From: an uncultured Alphaproteobacteria bacterium | GTDB taxonomy: Bacteria > Pseudomonadota > Alphaproteobacteria > Rhizobiales > Xanthobacteraceae | NCBI GenBank assembly: GCA_963708635.1 | Contig: CAVPTM010000004.1 | Location: forward strand, 167,445-231,444 | Direction: 5' to 3' | DNA length: 64,000 nucleotides | Part shown: positions 1 to 11,157 of the stretch, one piece after another | Position numbering within the stretch: the stretch's first letter is position 1 | How the letters are laid out: each line of letters begins with the position of its first letter | Notes under the pieces: model-generated | What the model was told of the DNA's origin: nothing | The model's input: the letters and a program-made list of their open reading frames with translations, nothing else | Database searches by the model: none | Made by a program: the position numbers and the translations under genes

Positions 1-163
1 CCTGATGCAGCATCGGCACGGTCTGCGCGAGGTCGACGATGTGGATGTTGTTGCGGGTGCCGAAGATGTATTGCCCCATCTTCGGGTTCCAGCGGTGGGC
101 CTGATGGCCGAAATGCACGCCAGCTTCCAACAGCTGACGCATCGAGTAGTCAGGAAGCGACAT
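1..163 (-). CDS. rpsB: 30S ribosomal protein S2 (5' part, runs off the window)
   Basis: Manual translation [45 protein letters not shown] is the S2 signature; absent from the ORF track. Confidence 0.97.
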   Translation of the reverse strand, partial: MSLPDYSMRQLLEAGVHFGHQAHRWNPKMGQYIFGTRNNIHIVDLAQTVPMLHQ

Positions 164-307
164 AAGTCTTCTCCGGTTGATCCGCCGCGGACGGTTGTGA
201 GCCCGCATGGGCCACCGGACGGCCTTTGTGACCCATTGTCGGGGCCTAAAGCCATGCGTCCGCGTGAGTGATGCCGGGCTTATATAGGCGCGATTTGCGG
301 GGCGCAA
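164..307 (-). promoter_or_regulatory. rpsB promoter (TTGCGC-N17-TATAAG) and ~110-nt leader, probable S2 autoregulatory (t44-like) leader
   Basis: Sigma70-like hexamers on the minus strand; long leader before the rpsB ATG; rpsB leaders are known autoregulatory RNAs. Confidence 0.55.
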
Positions 308-483
308 GGCGCGCGGGCGCGGCCCGTCCCGGGCCAGCAACCCCATCCTGCGGCGCATGGCTGCAGCCTGCGAACCCCGGCCACGGCGGCCGCGTTACTC
401 TCTTGGCCACGCCGGCCACTGGCCAGCCACGCCGAATTCCGATCGAGCGACGTTCTTTTGGGGGCGGCCAAAGGAGGCCCGCC

Positions 484-895
484 ATGACCGACCATGCGCA
501 TCGCCACAATCTTCCGGTCAACGATGAGCTACATCCGCTCGTCTACAAGGCAATGATTGGGCTCGCGATCTGGTTGGTATTGTCGATCTGGTTCCTGTTC
601 GACCGCGGCGCCTATGTCGGACTGATCTTGGCGATGATCACCGTGTTCTTTGTGATCTTTGCAGGTATTCCGGCCGCCCTCTGGCTCACTTGGCGACGCA
701 ACTCCGAACCTGACGAGCAACCAGATCCGGAATCCTTACCGCGAATGGACATCTCACCGGTTCGAGACGTGGACCGGCGGGATGAGCGGCGCTGAAGCGG
801 CCACGCAAATCCTACTGCCGCTGGCGGCGGTATCCATCGGCATGACTGTTTTCGGTGTCGTATTTTTTCTCGTGGTGCCGCAGCTCGGCCATTAG
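484..895 (+). CDS. Hypothetical membrane protein (~3 TM), one frameshift near 735
   Basis: GGAGG RBS then ATG 484; hydrophobic segments continue from ORF 268..795 into ORF 659..895. Confidence 0.65.
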
Positions 896-910
896 CGCCG
901 CCGGTCGGCG

Positions 911-3900
911 CTACAGCGCCTCGACCTGCACCACCCCCGGCACGGCCTTGAGCGCGCCGGCGATCTGCGGCGAGACCTTGAAGCGGCCGGGCAGCCTGAC
1001 CTCGACCTCGGCGCCGGCGGGAAGTTGCAGCACCACGGTGACCTCGCCGTCGCCGTTGGCCTGCGCATTGCGCGGCGCCGGTTCGAGCCGTTTCGCCACA
1101 GCTTCGATCGGGGTGGCGTCGCGCAGGAACACGCGCAGGCCTTTGTGCAGGTTGGCGGCGGCGGCATCGAGCGGCTCGGCCGACTGGATGCGCGCGCGCA
1201 CTTCATCGCCCTGCACCTCGGCCGACAGGAACAGCAGCACCGCGGTGCCGGGCTCCAACAGGTCGCGGTGCTCGGCCAAGCCTTCGGCGAATATGACCGC
1301 CTCGTAATGCCCGGTCGGATCGGACAGGCCGATGATGCCCATCTTGCTGCCGGTGCGGGTGCGCCGCTCGGTGCGCGCGACCACGGTGCCGGCGACGCGG
1401 CCGGCGGTGGCGCCGGCTTTGACCGCGCGCGCGAACTCGGCCCAGGACTGCACGCGCAGTTTTTTCAGCACGCACGGCGTAATCGTCGAGCGGATGGCCG
1501 GACAGGAAGAAGCCGATCGCCTCGTATTCGCGGCGCAGGCGCTCGGCCGGCAGCCAGCGCTCGACCGGCGGCAAAGCGATCGGTTCGCGCTCGCCCTGCC
1601 GCCGCCGCCGCCGAACAATTCGCTCTGCCCGACCGCGGCGGTGTCGTGCGCGCGCTGGGCGCGCGCGAGCACGACGTCGACGCCGGCAAAGACGCGCGCG
1701 CGGTTTGCCTCGAAGGCGTCGAAAGCGCCGGCGGCGGCCAGGCTTTCCAGCACGCGCTTGTTGATGGCGCGCGGATTGACGCGCGCGGCGAAGTCCGCGA
1801 GGTCGGCGAATTTGCGCTCGCCGCGCGCGGCGATGATCTCCTTGACCGCCTGGGCGCCGACGCCTTTGAGCGCGGCGAGCGCGTAGAGGATGCTGTTGCC
1901 TTCGACGTCGAACTCGACGCCGGAGCGGTTGATCGAGGGCGGCACGACGTCGATGCCGAGCCGCTCGGCCTCGGCGCGGAATTCGGCGAGCTTGTCGGTA
2001 TTGTTCATGTCGAGCGTCATGGTCGCGGCCAAGAACTCGACCGGGAAATTCGCCTTCATGTAGGCGGTCTGATAGGCGACCAGCGCGTAAGCCGCGGCGT
2101 GGCTCTTGTTGAAGCCGTATTCGGCGAAGCGCTCGAGCAGGTCGAAGATGGCGTCGGCCTGCGCGCGCTCGATGCCGCGCTCGACGCAGCCTTTGACGAA
2201 GTCGGCGCGCTGCGCCTGCATTTCCTTGCGGATCTTCTTGCCCATCGCGCGGCGCAGCAGGTCGGCCTGGCCGAGCGTGTAGCCGGCCAGAATCTGCGCC
2301 GCCTGCATCACCTGTTCCTGGTAGACGATGACGCCGAAGGTCTCGCGCAAGATCGGCTCGAGCTTGGGGTGGATGTAGTCGGGCCGCTCCAACTCGTGCT
2401 TGCGCGCGCAATAGGTCGGGATGTTCGCCATCGGGCCGGGGCGGTAGAGCGCGACCAGCGCGATGATGTCCTCGAAGCGGTCGGGCCGCATGTCGAGCAG
2501 CGCGCGCCGCATGCCGGCGCTTTCCAGTTGGAAGATGCCGACCGCTTCCGCCCGCGCCAGCAGCTCGTAAGTCGGCTTGTCGTCGAGCGGGATGCCGGCG
2601 AGATCGATCTCGACGCCGCGGCGTCGCACGAGCTCGACCGCCTTCTCCAGCACCGTGAGCGTCTTGAGGCCGAGGAAGTCGAACTTCACCAGCCCGGCCT
2701 GCTCGACCCATTTCATGTTGAACTGGGTGACCGGCATGTCCGATTTCGGATCGCGGTAGAGCGGCACCAGTTCCGACAGCGGCCGGTCGCCGATCACGAT
2801 GCCGGCGGCGTGGGTCGAGGCGTGGCGGTTCAGGCCTTCGAGCTTCTGCGCGATGTCGAAGGCGCGCTTGACCACCGGATCGCCGTCGCGCTCGGCCTGC
2901 AAGCGCGGCTCGCCGTCGATCGCCTGCCGCAGCGTAACGGGCGCCGCCGGGTTCTGCGGCACCAGCTTGCAGAGCTTGTCGACCTGGCCGTAAGGCATCT
3001 GCAGCACGCGGCCGACGTCGCGCAGCACGCCGCGCGCCTGCAGCGTGCCGAAGGTGATGATCTGCGCGACCTGGTCGCGGCCGTAGCGCTCCTGCACGTA
3101 GCGGATCACCTCGTCGCGGCGGTCCTGGCAGAAGTCGATGTCGAAGTCCGGCATCGACACGCGCTCGGGATTGAGGAAGCGCTCGAACAGCAGCCCGAAG
3201 CGGATCGGATCGAGGTCGGTGATGGTGAGCGAATAGGCGACCAGCGAGCCGGCGCCCGAGCCGCGGCCGGGCCCGACCGGAATGCCTTGCGCCTTCGCCC
3301 ATTGGATGAAGTCGGCGACGATCAGGAAATAGCCGGGATATTTCATGCGCTCGATGACGCCGAGCTCGAAGTCGAGCCGCTCGCGGTATTCGTCTTCGGT
3401 GAAGGCCGGGCGCGAGGCCGTGCGGTGGCGAGCCGCTGCGTCGAGCCCGTCCTCCGCGCGCTTGCGCAGCTCGGCGGCCTCGTCGACTGCGTCTGTCGCC
3501 GACCGGCAAAGCGCGGCAGGATCGGCTTGTGCGTGCGCGGCCGGAAGGCGCAGCGCTCGGCGATCTCGACGCGTCGAGGCGAGCGCCTCCGGCAGATCGG
3601 CAAACAGCGCCGCCATCTCGGCGCGCGTCTTGAAACGGTGCTCCGGCGTGAGCTGGCGGCGCTCGGTCTCGGCGATCAGGCGGCCTTCGGCGATGCAGAT
3701 CAGCGCGTCGTGCGCCTCGTAATCGGCGCGCGGTCGCGAAATAACGGCTCGTTGGTGGCGACCAGCGGCAGCCCCTTGTCGTAGGCGAGATCGATCAGCG
3801 CGGGCTCCGCCGCGCGCTCGGCCGCGCGTGCCGTGGCGCTGCAATTCGACATAGAGCCGGTCGCCGAACAGCCGCGCCAGCGCATCGAGCCGCGCGGCGG

Positions 3901-4379
3901 CGAGATGGCTCTGCCCGGCGGCGATGGCGAGATCGAGCGGCCCGCCCGGGCCGCCGGTGAGCGCAATCACGCCCGCGGTCTCGCCTTCCAGCCAGTCGAG
4001 CATGAGATGCGGCGGCTCGTTGGCCGGCGTGTCGAGGAAGGCGCGCGAGGAGAGCCGCATCAGGCTGCGGTAGCCGGCCTCGTGCGCGGCCAGCAGCACG
4101 ATGCGCGCGCGCTCGGGACGGGCATTGGGATTGCGCTGGCCGCGGTCGCTGTCGCCGAAATCGATGGCGCAGCGCGCAGCCGACGATCGGCTGGATGCCG
4201 GCGGCGGCGAGCTTGTCGGAGAATTCCAGCGCCCCGAACATGTTGTCGGTGTCGGTGAGCGCGAGCGCCGGCTGCTGGTCGGCTTTGGCGAGCTCGGCGA
4301 GCCGCGCAATGGTCAGCGCGCCTTCGAGCAGCGAATAGGACGAATGCACGTGCAAATGCACGAAACCGGGATCGGACAT
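911..4379 (-). CDS. dnaE: DNA polymerase III alpha subunit (frameshifted)
   Basis: PHP motif FVHLHVHSSYSLLEGA, GPGRGSGAGSLVAY, MPDFDIDF, YGFNKSHAAAY. Confidence 0.97.
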
Positions 4380-4574
4380 GTCAGCGCAACGTTGGCGGGG
4401 TGATTCCTTGTCTCACCCAGAGTGGGGAGCGCCTGCGGCCAAGTCCACCCCGCGCGGCGGATGCACGCCCGCTATGCCCGCTTTTCGCAAAGCCGCGCAT
4501 TCCGCGGACGTCATGCCCGGCGTTTTACGCAACGCTGCCGGCCATGACGACGCGGATACGCGACACCCGACGCC

Positions 4575-4673
4575 TCACAAATTTCCGAGCACCTGCGACC
4601 AGATGGCGATCATTCCGACGAACAGCGCCAGCGAAGCGAGCGCGGCGGCTTCTTGCAGCACGGCTTTGAACAT
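4575..4673 (-). CDS. 32-aa single-TM small protein, SidA-like SOS-induced division inhibitor candidate
   Basis: MFKAVLQEAAALASLALFVGMIAIWSQVLGNL*; GGAGAAGG RBS; two LexA boxes upstream; same strand and directly upstream of dnaE. Confidence 0.8.
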   Translation of the reverse strand: MFKAVLQEAAALASLALFVGMIAIWSQVLGNL

Positions 4674-4686
4674 GACCTTCTCCCCA

Positions 4687-4728
4687 GAACGAAGAGAGAA
4701 CATAGTTCATGGTATGTTCCAGAGTCAA
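4687..4728 (-). promoter_or_regulatory. Two alphaproteobacterial LexA boxes (GAAC-N7-GAAC 4687-4701; GTTC-N7-GTTC 4705-4719) overlapping promoter TTGACT-N18-TATGTT
   Basis: Exact matches to the GTTC-N7-GTTC SOS box in both orientations. Confidence 0.85.
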
Positions 4729-4811
4729 GCGCGCGGCATCGGCGATAGTATGCCGTCACAATGATTCAGTCGTCTTGCTTAATGGTGCCGAACCGTAGAT
4801 CGAGGCCGTCG

Positions 4812-5553
4812 CTACTCCATCTCCACCACCCGCCCGTCTTGCAAGCGTCACGCGCCGGTCCATGCGCGCGGCGAGGTCCAGGTTGTGGGTGGCGATGATG
4901 GTGGCGAGCCCGGAGGCGCGCACCAGCTGCGTCAGCGCGTCGAACACGTGGTCGGCGGTGTGCGGCGTCGAGGTTGCCGGTCGGCTCGTCGGCCAGCAGG
5001 ATGCGCGGCGCGTTGGCGACCGCGCGCGCGATCGCGACGCGCTGCTGCTCGCCGCCGGACAGCTCCGCCGGCCGGTGCGTCAGCCGCTCGCCGAGGCCCG
5101 AGATAGCCGAGCAGTTCGCTCGCGCGCTTCCTGCGCCTCGCCGCGCGACAGGCCGCGGATCATCTGCGGCAGCATCACGTTCTCCAGCGCGGAGAATTCC
5201 GGCAGCAGATGGTGCGACTGGTAGACGAAGCCGATCTCGCTGCGGCGGATGCGCGTGCGCTCGGCGTCGGACAGGATCGCGGTGGCGCGGCCGTCGATAT
5301 AGACCTCGCCGCGGTCGGGATGCTCGAGCAGGCCGGCGATGTGCAGCAGCGTCGACTTGCCGGCGCCCGAGGGCGCGACCAGCGCCACCGACTGGCCCGG
5401 CCAGACCGCGAGCTCGACGCCGTTGAGGATGTGCAGCGTCGTCGTCGCCCTGGCGGTAGTGCCGCTCGACGTCGTGCAGGAACAGGAGCGGCGACTTCCT
5501 CGGCCTGCGTGCGCCGGCGTCCGCGCCGCGGCTCGGCCGACCGTCTCACTCAT
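4812..5553 (-). CDS. lolD: Lipoprotein-releasing ABC transporter ATPase LolD (frameshifted)
   Basis: Walker [36 protein letters not shown]; downstream of lolC/E. Confidence 0.9.
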
Positions 5554-6814
5554 AGCGCAGCGCCTCGACCGGATCGAGGCGCGCCGCGCGCCAGGACGGA
5601 TAGAGCGTGGCCAGGAACGACAGCACCAGCGCCATCACCACCACCGCGGTGGTCTCGCCGGTGTCCATGTCGGCCGGCAGATGCGAGAGGAAATAGAGCT
5701 CGGGCGAGAACAGCTCGGTGTTGGTGAGCCAGGACAGGAACTGGCGGATGCTCTCGATGTTGAGGCAGACCACCACGCCGAGCAGGAAGCCGACCAGCGT
5801 GCCGACCACGCCGATCGCCGCGCCGGTGATCAGGAACACGCGCATGATCGCGCCCTGCGTCGCGCCCATGGTGCGCAGGATGGCGATGTCGTGGCCCTTG
5901 TCCTTCACCAGCATGATCAGGCCGGAGACGATGTTGAGCGCCGCCACCAGCACGATCAGCGTCAGGATCAGGAACATCACGTTGCGCTCGACCTGCAGCG
6001 CGTTGAAGAAGGTGGCGTTGCGCTGGCGCCAGTCGATCATGAAGATCGGCCGCTGCGCGGCGTCCTGCACCGCCTTGCGGTAGGCGTCGACGCGGTCGGG
6101 ATTGTCGGTGTAGACCTCGATCGCGGTGACGTCGCCGGCGCGGTTGAAATAGGCCTGCGCCTCCTGCAGCGGCATGAACACGATGGCGCTGTCGTATTCC
6201 GACATGCCGATCTCGAACACCGCGGCGATCTTGTAGACCTTGATGCGCGGCGTCGTGCCCATCGGCGTCACCGCGCCGCGCGGCGCGACCAGCGTGATGT
6301 TGTCGCCGGCGCGCAGCGAGAGTTGATCGGCGAGCCGCCGGCCGATGGCGACGCCCTGGCCCTCGTCGAAGCCCTCGAGCGTGCCCTGCTTGATGTTGTT
6401 GGCGATCGAGGGAAGCTTTTCGAGGTCCTGCAGGCGGATGCCGCGGACCAGCACGCCGCCGGCGTTGAACGGCGAGGACGCCAGCGCCTGGCCCTCGACG
6501 ATCGGCGCGGCGAGCCTGATGCCCGGCACCTTGGCGATGCGCGCGGCGACCTCCTCCCAGTCGGTGAGCGGCTTTTCCAGCGGCTGGATCAGCAGATGGC
6601 CGTTGAGGCCGAGGATCTTGTCGAGCAGCTCATGGCGGAAGCCGTTCATCACCGCCATGACGATGATGAGCGTGGCGACGCCGAGCATGATGCCGAGGAA
6701 GGAGAACCCGGCGATGACCGAGATGAATCCTTCCTTGCGCCGCGCCCGCAGGTAGCGCAGCGACAGCATCCATTCGAACGGCGAGAAGGGCCGCGTCCCG
6801 GTGGGCTCGGTCAT
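5546..6814 (-). CDS. lolC: Lipoprotein-releasing ABC transporter permease LolC/E
   Basis: Intact 422-aa [40 protein letters not shown]. Confidence 0.93.
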   Translation of the reverse strand: MTEPTGTRPFSPFEWMLSLRYLRARRKEGFISVIAGFSFLGIMLGVATLIIVMAVMNGFRHELLDKILGLNGHLLIQPLEKPLTDWEEVAARIAKVPGIRLAAPIVEGQALASSPFNAGGVLVRGIRLQDLEKLPSIANNIKQGTLEGFDEGQGVAIGRRLADQLSLRAGDNITLVAPRGAVTPMGTTPRIKVYKIAAVFEIGMSEYDSAIVFMPLQEAQAYFNRAGDVTAIEVYTDNPDRVDAYRKAVQDAAQRPIFMIDWRQRNATFFNALQVERNVMFLILTLIVLVAALNIVSGLIMLVKDKGHDIAILRTMGATQGAIMRVFLITGAAIGVVGTLVGFLLGVVVCLNIESIRQFLSWLTNTELFSPELYFLSHLPADMDTGETTAVVVMALVLSFLATLYPSWRAARLDPVEALRYE

Positions 6815-6941
6815 CGATGATGGTTCCCCACGCGCCGACTATTTCACACGAATTCTGGCGGATTCGTGCCCGCCGTGACAGGCAAAGCCCTTGGCCGCGC
6901 ACAGGATTTTTGCGCGAGCACGGCGGAACATTCGGCCCACT

Positions 6942-8271
6942 TCAGCGCGACAGCAGATCGAGCGCCGCCGCCGGGCTCATCATCTCGCGGCTGCCGTCGG
7001 CGCGGTTCTTGACCTCGACCTTGCCTTCGGCGAGGCCCTCGCGGGCCGACCAGCACCTGCCACGGCATGCCGATCAGGTCGGCGGTGGCGAACTTGCGCG
7101 CCGGCCGCTCGTCGCGGTCGTCGATAGAGCACCTCGACGCCCTTGGCCGTGAGGTCGCGGTAGAGCTGCTCGCAGGCCGCGTCGGTTCGCGCCGTCGCCC
7201 TGCTTCAGGTTGAGGATCGCGACCTTGAACGGCGCGACCGGCTCCGGCCAGATGATGCCGGCCTCGTCATGCGAGGCCTCGATGATGGCGGCGACCAGCC
7301 GGCTCGGGCCGATGCCGTAGGAGCCCATGTGCACCGGCACCTCGCTCGCCGTCGCCGGTCGCGACCACCGCCTTCATCGGCTCGGAATATTTGGTGCCGA
7401 AATAGAAGATATGGCCGACCTCGATGCCGCGCGCCGACACCTGCTTGTCGGCGGGGATTTTCGCGAAGGCCGCCGCGTCGTGCATGTCGGAGGTCGCGGC
7501 ATAGTGCGACGGTCCATTTGTCGACGATCGCCTGCAAGCCGGCGACGTCGTCGAAATTCACGTCGGCCGGCGGCACCGCCATGTCGAGATAGTCCTTGTG
7601 GCAGAACACCTCGCACTCGCCGGTCTGCGGCGAGGATGATGAATTCGTGGCTGAGGTTGCCGCCGATCGGCCCGGACTCCGCGCGCATCGGGATCGACTT
7701 CAGGCCGAGCCGCGCGAAGGTGCGCAGATAGGCGACGAACATCTTGTTGTAGGAATGCCGCGCGCCGGCCTGATCGACGTCGAACGAATAGGCGTCCTTC
7801 ATCAGGAATTCGCGGCCGCGCATCAGGCCGAAGCGCGGGCGCACCTCGTCGCGGAATTTCCACTGGATGTGATAGAGATTGAGCGGCAGATCCTTGTAGG
7901 AGCGCACATAGGCGCGGAAGATCTCGGTGATCATCTCCTCGTTGGTCGGCCCGTACAGCATGTCGCGCTCGTGGCGGTCCTTGATGCGCAGCATCTCCTT
8001 GCCGTAGGCGTCGTAGCGCCCGCTCTCGCGCCACAGGTCGGCCGACTGGATGGTCGGCATCAGCAGCTCGATGGCGCCGGAGCGGTTCTGCTCCTCGCGC
8101 ACGATCTGCGCAGATCTTCTGCAGCACCCGCAGGCCGAGCGGCAGGAAGGCATAGATGCCGGCCGCCTCCTGCCGCATCATGCCGGCGCGCAGCATCAGC
8201 CGGTGCGAGACGATCTCGGCCTCTTTCGGCGTTTCGCGCAGGATCGGCAGGAAGTAGCGGGACAGGCGCAT
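6942..8271 (-). CDS. proS: Proline--tRNA ligase (frameshifted)
   Basis: [75 protein letters not shown]. Confidence 0.96.
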
Positions 8272-8349
8272 GGGGCTTGCTGGAGGTCGCGGTTCGGGCG
8301 GGGCCGAGTGAAAGCGGATCGGCCGGCAAAAGACAAGGCCATATTCTCT

Positions 8350-8476
8350 GTCATTCCGGGACGCGCGCCATAAGCGCGTTTACCGCGACTTCGACGCGCT
8401 ATGGCGAGCACCGGAATCCATACTCTGGCAGCTCTGGATTCCGGGTTCGCTCGCTTCGCGAGCGCCCCGGAATGAC
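8350..8476. repeat. REP/RIME-like palindromic element with nested hairpin
   Basis: Terminal IRs GTCATTCCGGG...CCCGGAATGAC; inner CCGGAATCCA/TGGATTCCGG; inserted CCATAAGCGCGT...ACGCGCTATGG hairpin. Confidence 0.8.
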
Positions 8477-8485
8477 CGGAAGCCG

Positions 8486-10083
8486 TTACAGGCTGAAATG
8501 CGCGTAAGCCTTGAGCTTTTCGAGGTTCTGCATGACCGGGAAGGAAATCCAGGCGCGGTCGGTCAAATGCGGCACGCGTGAAACATCCATCACCTGCGCG
8601 AGCTTGCGCATGTAATAGAGTTCTTCCTTGGACTGGAGGTTGAAGGCGGCGAATTCCTTCTGCCCGTCGCGCAGATCGGCGTCCGAGATCGCCGCGTTGA
8701 AGCGCCCCTTCCAGGCCGAATCCTGCGGGCTGACGTCGAGGCCGGCGCCCTCGCCGAACGGCACCTTGGTGCGGTCGCGGATCGAGCGCGGCAGTTCCGG
8801 ATAGAGATCGTAGAGATCGCGCAGCGCGGCCTTGCCGCGCGGCAGCCCGCCGACCTCGCGCACCAGCGCCGGCGCGTCGATGGTCGAGCGCGTAATTGAC
8901 CACCGCCGGATCGAGGAACGGCTCGCGCGTCTCGACCTGGTGGCGCATCGAGCAGCGGTCGACGCGCTGCAGGCTGACGCGATGCATCAAGGCCAGGCAT
9001 TCGTCGCGGATCGGACGGCCGGCGGCCTCGTCCGCCTGGAAGGCGACTTCGAGCGGCGGGTAGCCGCAGAACAACTCGTCGGCGCCCTCCCCGCACAGCG
9101 CCACGCGGAAGCCGTCGTCGTGCATGCGCGCGCGCGGCTTTCAGCGAGCAGACCGCGCCGCGGATCAGATTGGGCTCGAAGGATTCGGCAACGTCGACGA
9201 CCTCGTCGATGGCGGCGAACACCTCCTCGCTCTCCGGATCGAACGGCACCATGCGCAGGTCGAAGCCGGTTTGCGCCGCATAATCGGCGGCGTAGCGGAA
9301 GTCCGGCGATTTCGTGTCGCCGACGAAATAGCCCGGCGTCTCCGGGCGGTATTGGCGCGCGTAATGCGCGACCAGCGTCGAGTCGATGCCGCCGCTGAAC
9401 AAGGTCGCGACCGGCAAGCCGGCCGGCAGGCGAAGCCGCACCGCCTCCGACAGAATGCCGTCGAGCCTGCCCGGATCGTGCGCGACCGGCGCGTCGGCGC
9501 GCGGATAGACCGGCGACTTGAAGCGCGCGCAGCTCTTGCGCGACAGCGCATAGCCCGGCGGCAGCAGCATGACCGGCGCCGCCTCGACCGTGTCGAGCAG
9601 CGGCCGCATCTCCGAGCAGAACAGAAAGCCGCTCTTGGATTGGATGACGTAAAGCGGCTTGACGCCGAACGGGTCGCGCGCGGCGAGGAATTCCCCGCTC
9701 GCCATATCGACCGCCACAAAGGCATACATGCCGACGAGGCGCTCGAGCGCGCGATAGCCCCAGGCTTGCAGCGCATTGGCCAGCACTTCGGTGTCGGATT
9801 CGGTGTGGAATTCGACGCCGAGATCGGTCAGTTCCCGGCGCAATTCGAGGTAGTTGTAGATCTCGCCGTTGAAGGAAACCGCCAGCCGGCCATTGAACGA
9901 GATCTGCGGCTGCACGGCGTGCTCGGCGTCGACGATTCGCAGCCGCCGGGTGGCGAGCGCGCTGTCCTGGCGCGGCGTGACGACCGGGTCGGTCACGTCG
10001 CCGCGGTGCAGAATGCCCGAAATCAGCAGCCGGACGGTGAGTTCCGCGTCCGGCCAATCGATCGCGACCGCAATTCCGCACAT
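8486..10083 (-). CDS. Asparagine synthase (glutamine-hydrolysing)-family amidotransferase (frameshifted)
   Basis: MCGI N-terminal Cys, FNGEIYN, RDPFGVKPLY, FSGGIDS, CGEGADELF. Confidence 0.88.
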
Positions 10084-10309
10084 GAAAACGCTTCCCCGTC
10101 CCCGCAGCCGGTCGGCTGTTCAGGCCCGGTTAACCATATCGCCGCAACCGTGAACTTTGGCTTAACTGCCGCAGCCCTCCTCCGCCGCGGGTCCATGGAA
10201 CCCGGAAAGCTTGCCCATGACGGCAGCAAAGCCGCTGATGACAGTGCCCACCTGTTGGGCTAGCTTGCGGCCGCCGTGTGAATGGGGAGCCGGTCGCTAG
10301 AACCGGTCC

Positions 10310-10443
10310 CGGCGTGCGGTCCAAGTCTGGGAGGAAGCAGTCCTCGGCGCGCCTTTTCGCAGCCGCCTCGCAATCAAAACAAACGGTCGAGGATTGAGGA
10401 CGAAACGCATCACGAGCAGGGCTCCGCGCCCTGCTCTTTTTTT
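10310..10443 (+). ncRNA. Structured small RNA, probable alpha-r9 (Smr9C-like) family
   Basis: Non-coding and antisense to both flanks; helices GTCCTC/GAGGAC and CCTCG/CGAGG; TAGAAC -10-like at 10298; intrinsic terminator; lies in the DUF1467-proS interval recalled for Smr9C. Confidence 0.65.
10414..10443 (+). terminator. Rho-independent terminator
   Basis: GAGCAGGGC-tccgc-GCCCTGCTC followed by T7. Confidence 0.85.
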
Positions 10444-10717
10444 ATCTATTGGGCGGGTTCGAGATCGCCATGATGAAATCGAGCGGGACCAAGCCCGCGG
10501 CGTAGGCGCCGTAGAACAGCGCAAACAGCACGCTGGCGACGACCGTGGTCCAGAGGAATTTGCGCGCCAGCCGGTGGCGCGTCGGCGCGCCCGGATCGGT
10601 GCCGGGCGCAACCTCGCCGCTCTCGTCCTGGCTGCGCACGCCCCACGGCAGCACCGCGAACAGCACCACCCACCAGATGATGAAATAGATCGCGACGATG
10701 GTGGGCTGATGCTCCAT
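10442..10717 (-). CDS. DUF1467 family membrane protein
   Basis: AIYFIIWWVVLFAVLPWGVRSQ...PGTDPGAP; usual position after mce. Confidence 0.85.
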   Translation of the reverse strand: MEHQPTIVAIYFIIWWVVLFAVLPWGVRSQDESGEVAPGTDPGAPTRHRLARKFLWTTVVASVLFALFYGAYAAGLVPLDFIMAISNPPNR

Positions 10718-10723
10718 GACGAC

Positions 10724-11131
10724 TCAGGCCTGCTCCAGCTCGACCAGCGTGCCGCAGAAATCCTTCGGATGCAGGAACAGCACCGGCTTGCCGTGCGCGC
10801 CGATCTTCGGCTCGCCGTCGCCGAGCACGCGCGCGCCTTGCGCCTTCAAGCCGGTCGCGCGCGGCGCGGATGTCGGCCACCTCGTAGCAGAGGTGATGGA
10901 TGCCGCCGTCGGGGTTCTTGTCGAGGAATTTGGCGATCGGCGAATTCTCGCCCAGCGGCTCGAGCAATTCGATCTTGGTGTTGGGCAGCGTGATGAACAC
11001 GGTGGACACGCCGTGCTCGGGCTGCGCGCACCATGGCGGAGACCTCGGCGCCCGAGCGTGTCGCGATAGACCTTGGCGGCCTTGGCGATATCGCGCACGG
11101 CGATGGCGACGTGATTGAGACGGCCGATCAT
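10724..11131 (-). CDS. mce: Methylmalonyl-CoA epimerase (frameshifted)
   Basis: MIGRLNHVAIAV, GGIHHLCYEV, GAHGKPVLFLHPKDFCGTLVELEQA. Confidence 0.93.
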   Translation of the reverse strand: MIGRLNHVAIAVRDIAKAAKVYRDTLGRRGLRHGARSPSTACPPCSSRCPTPRSNCSSRWARIRRSPNSSTRTPTAASITSATRWPTSAPRATGLKAQGARVLGDGEPKIGAHGKPVLFLHPKDFCGTLVELEQA

Positions 11132-11157
11132 GGGTGTCCTCTCGCTGCTCGCCGCCA

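Noticed and set aside
1025..3784. Long antisense ORFs (e.g. 919 aa opposite dnaE, and many others)
   Set aside because: Shadow ORFs expected from high-GC codon bias; no recognisable motifs
4525..4728. 67-aa ORF overlapping the LexA boxes
   Set aside because: Arg-rich alternative frame with no RBS; the 32-aa ORF has the RBS and a protein-like composition
8486..10083. AsnB-like gene as a lasso-peptide cyclase
   Set aside because: Retains the N-terminal glutaminase Cys; no B1/B2 peptidase or precursor peptide nearby
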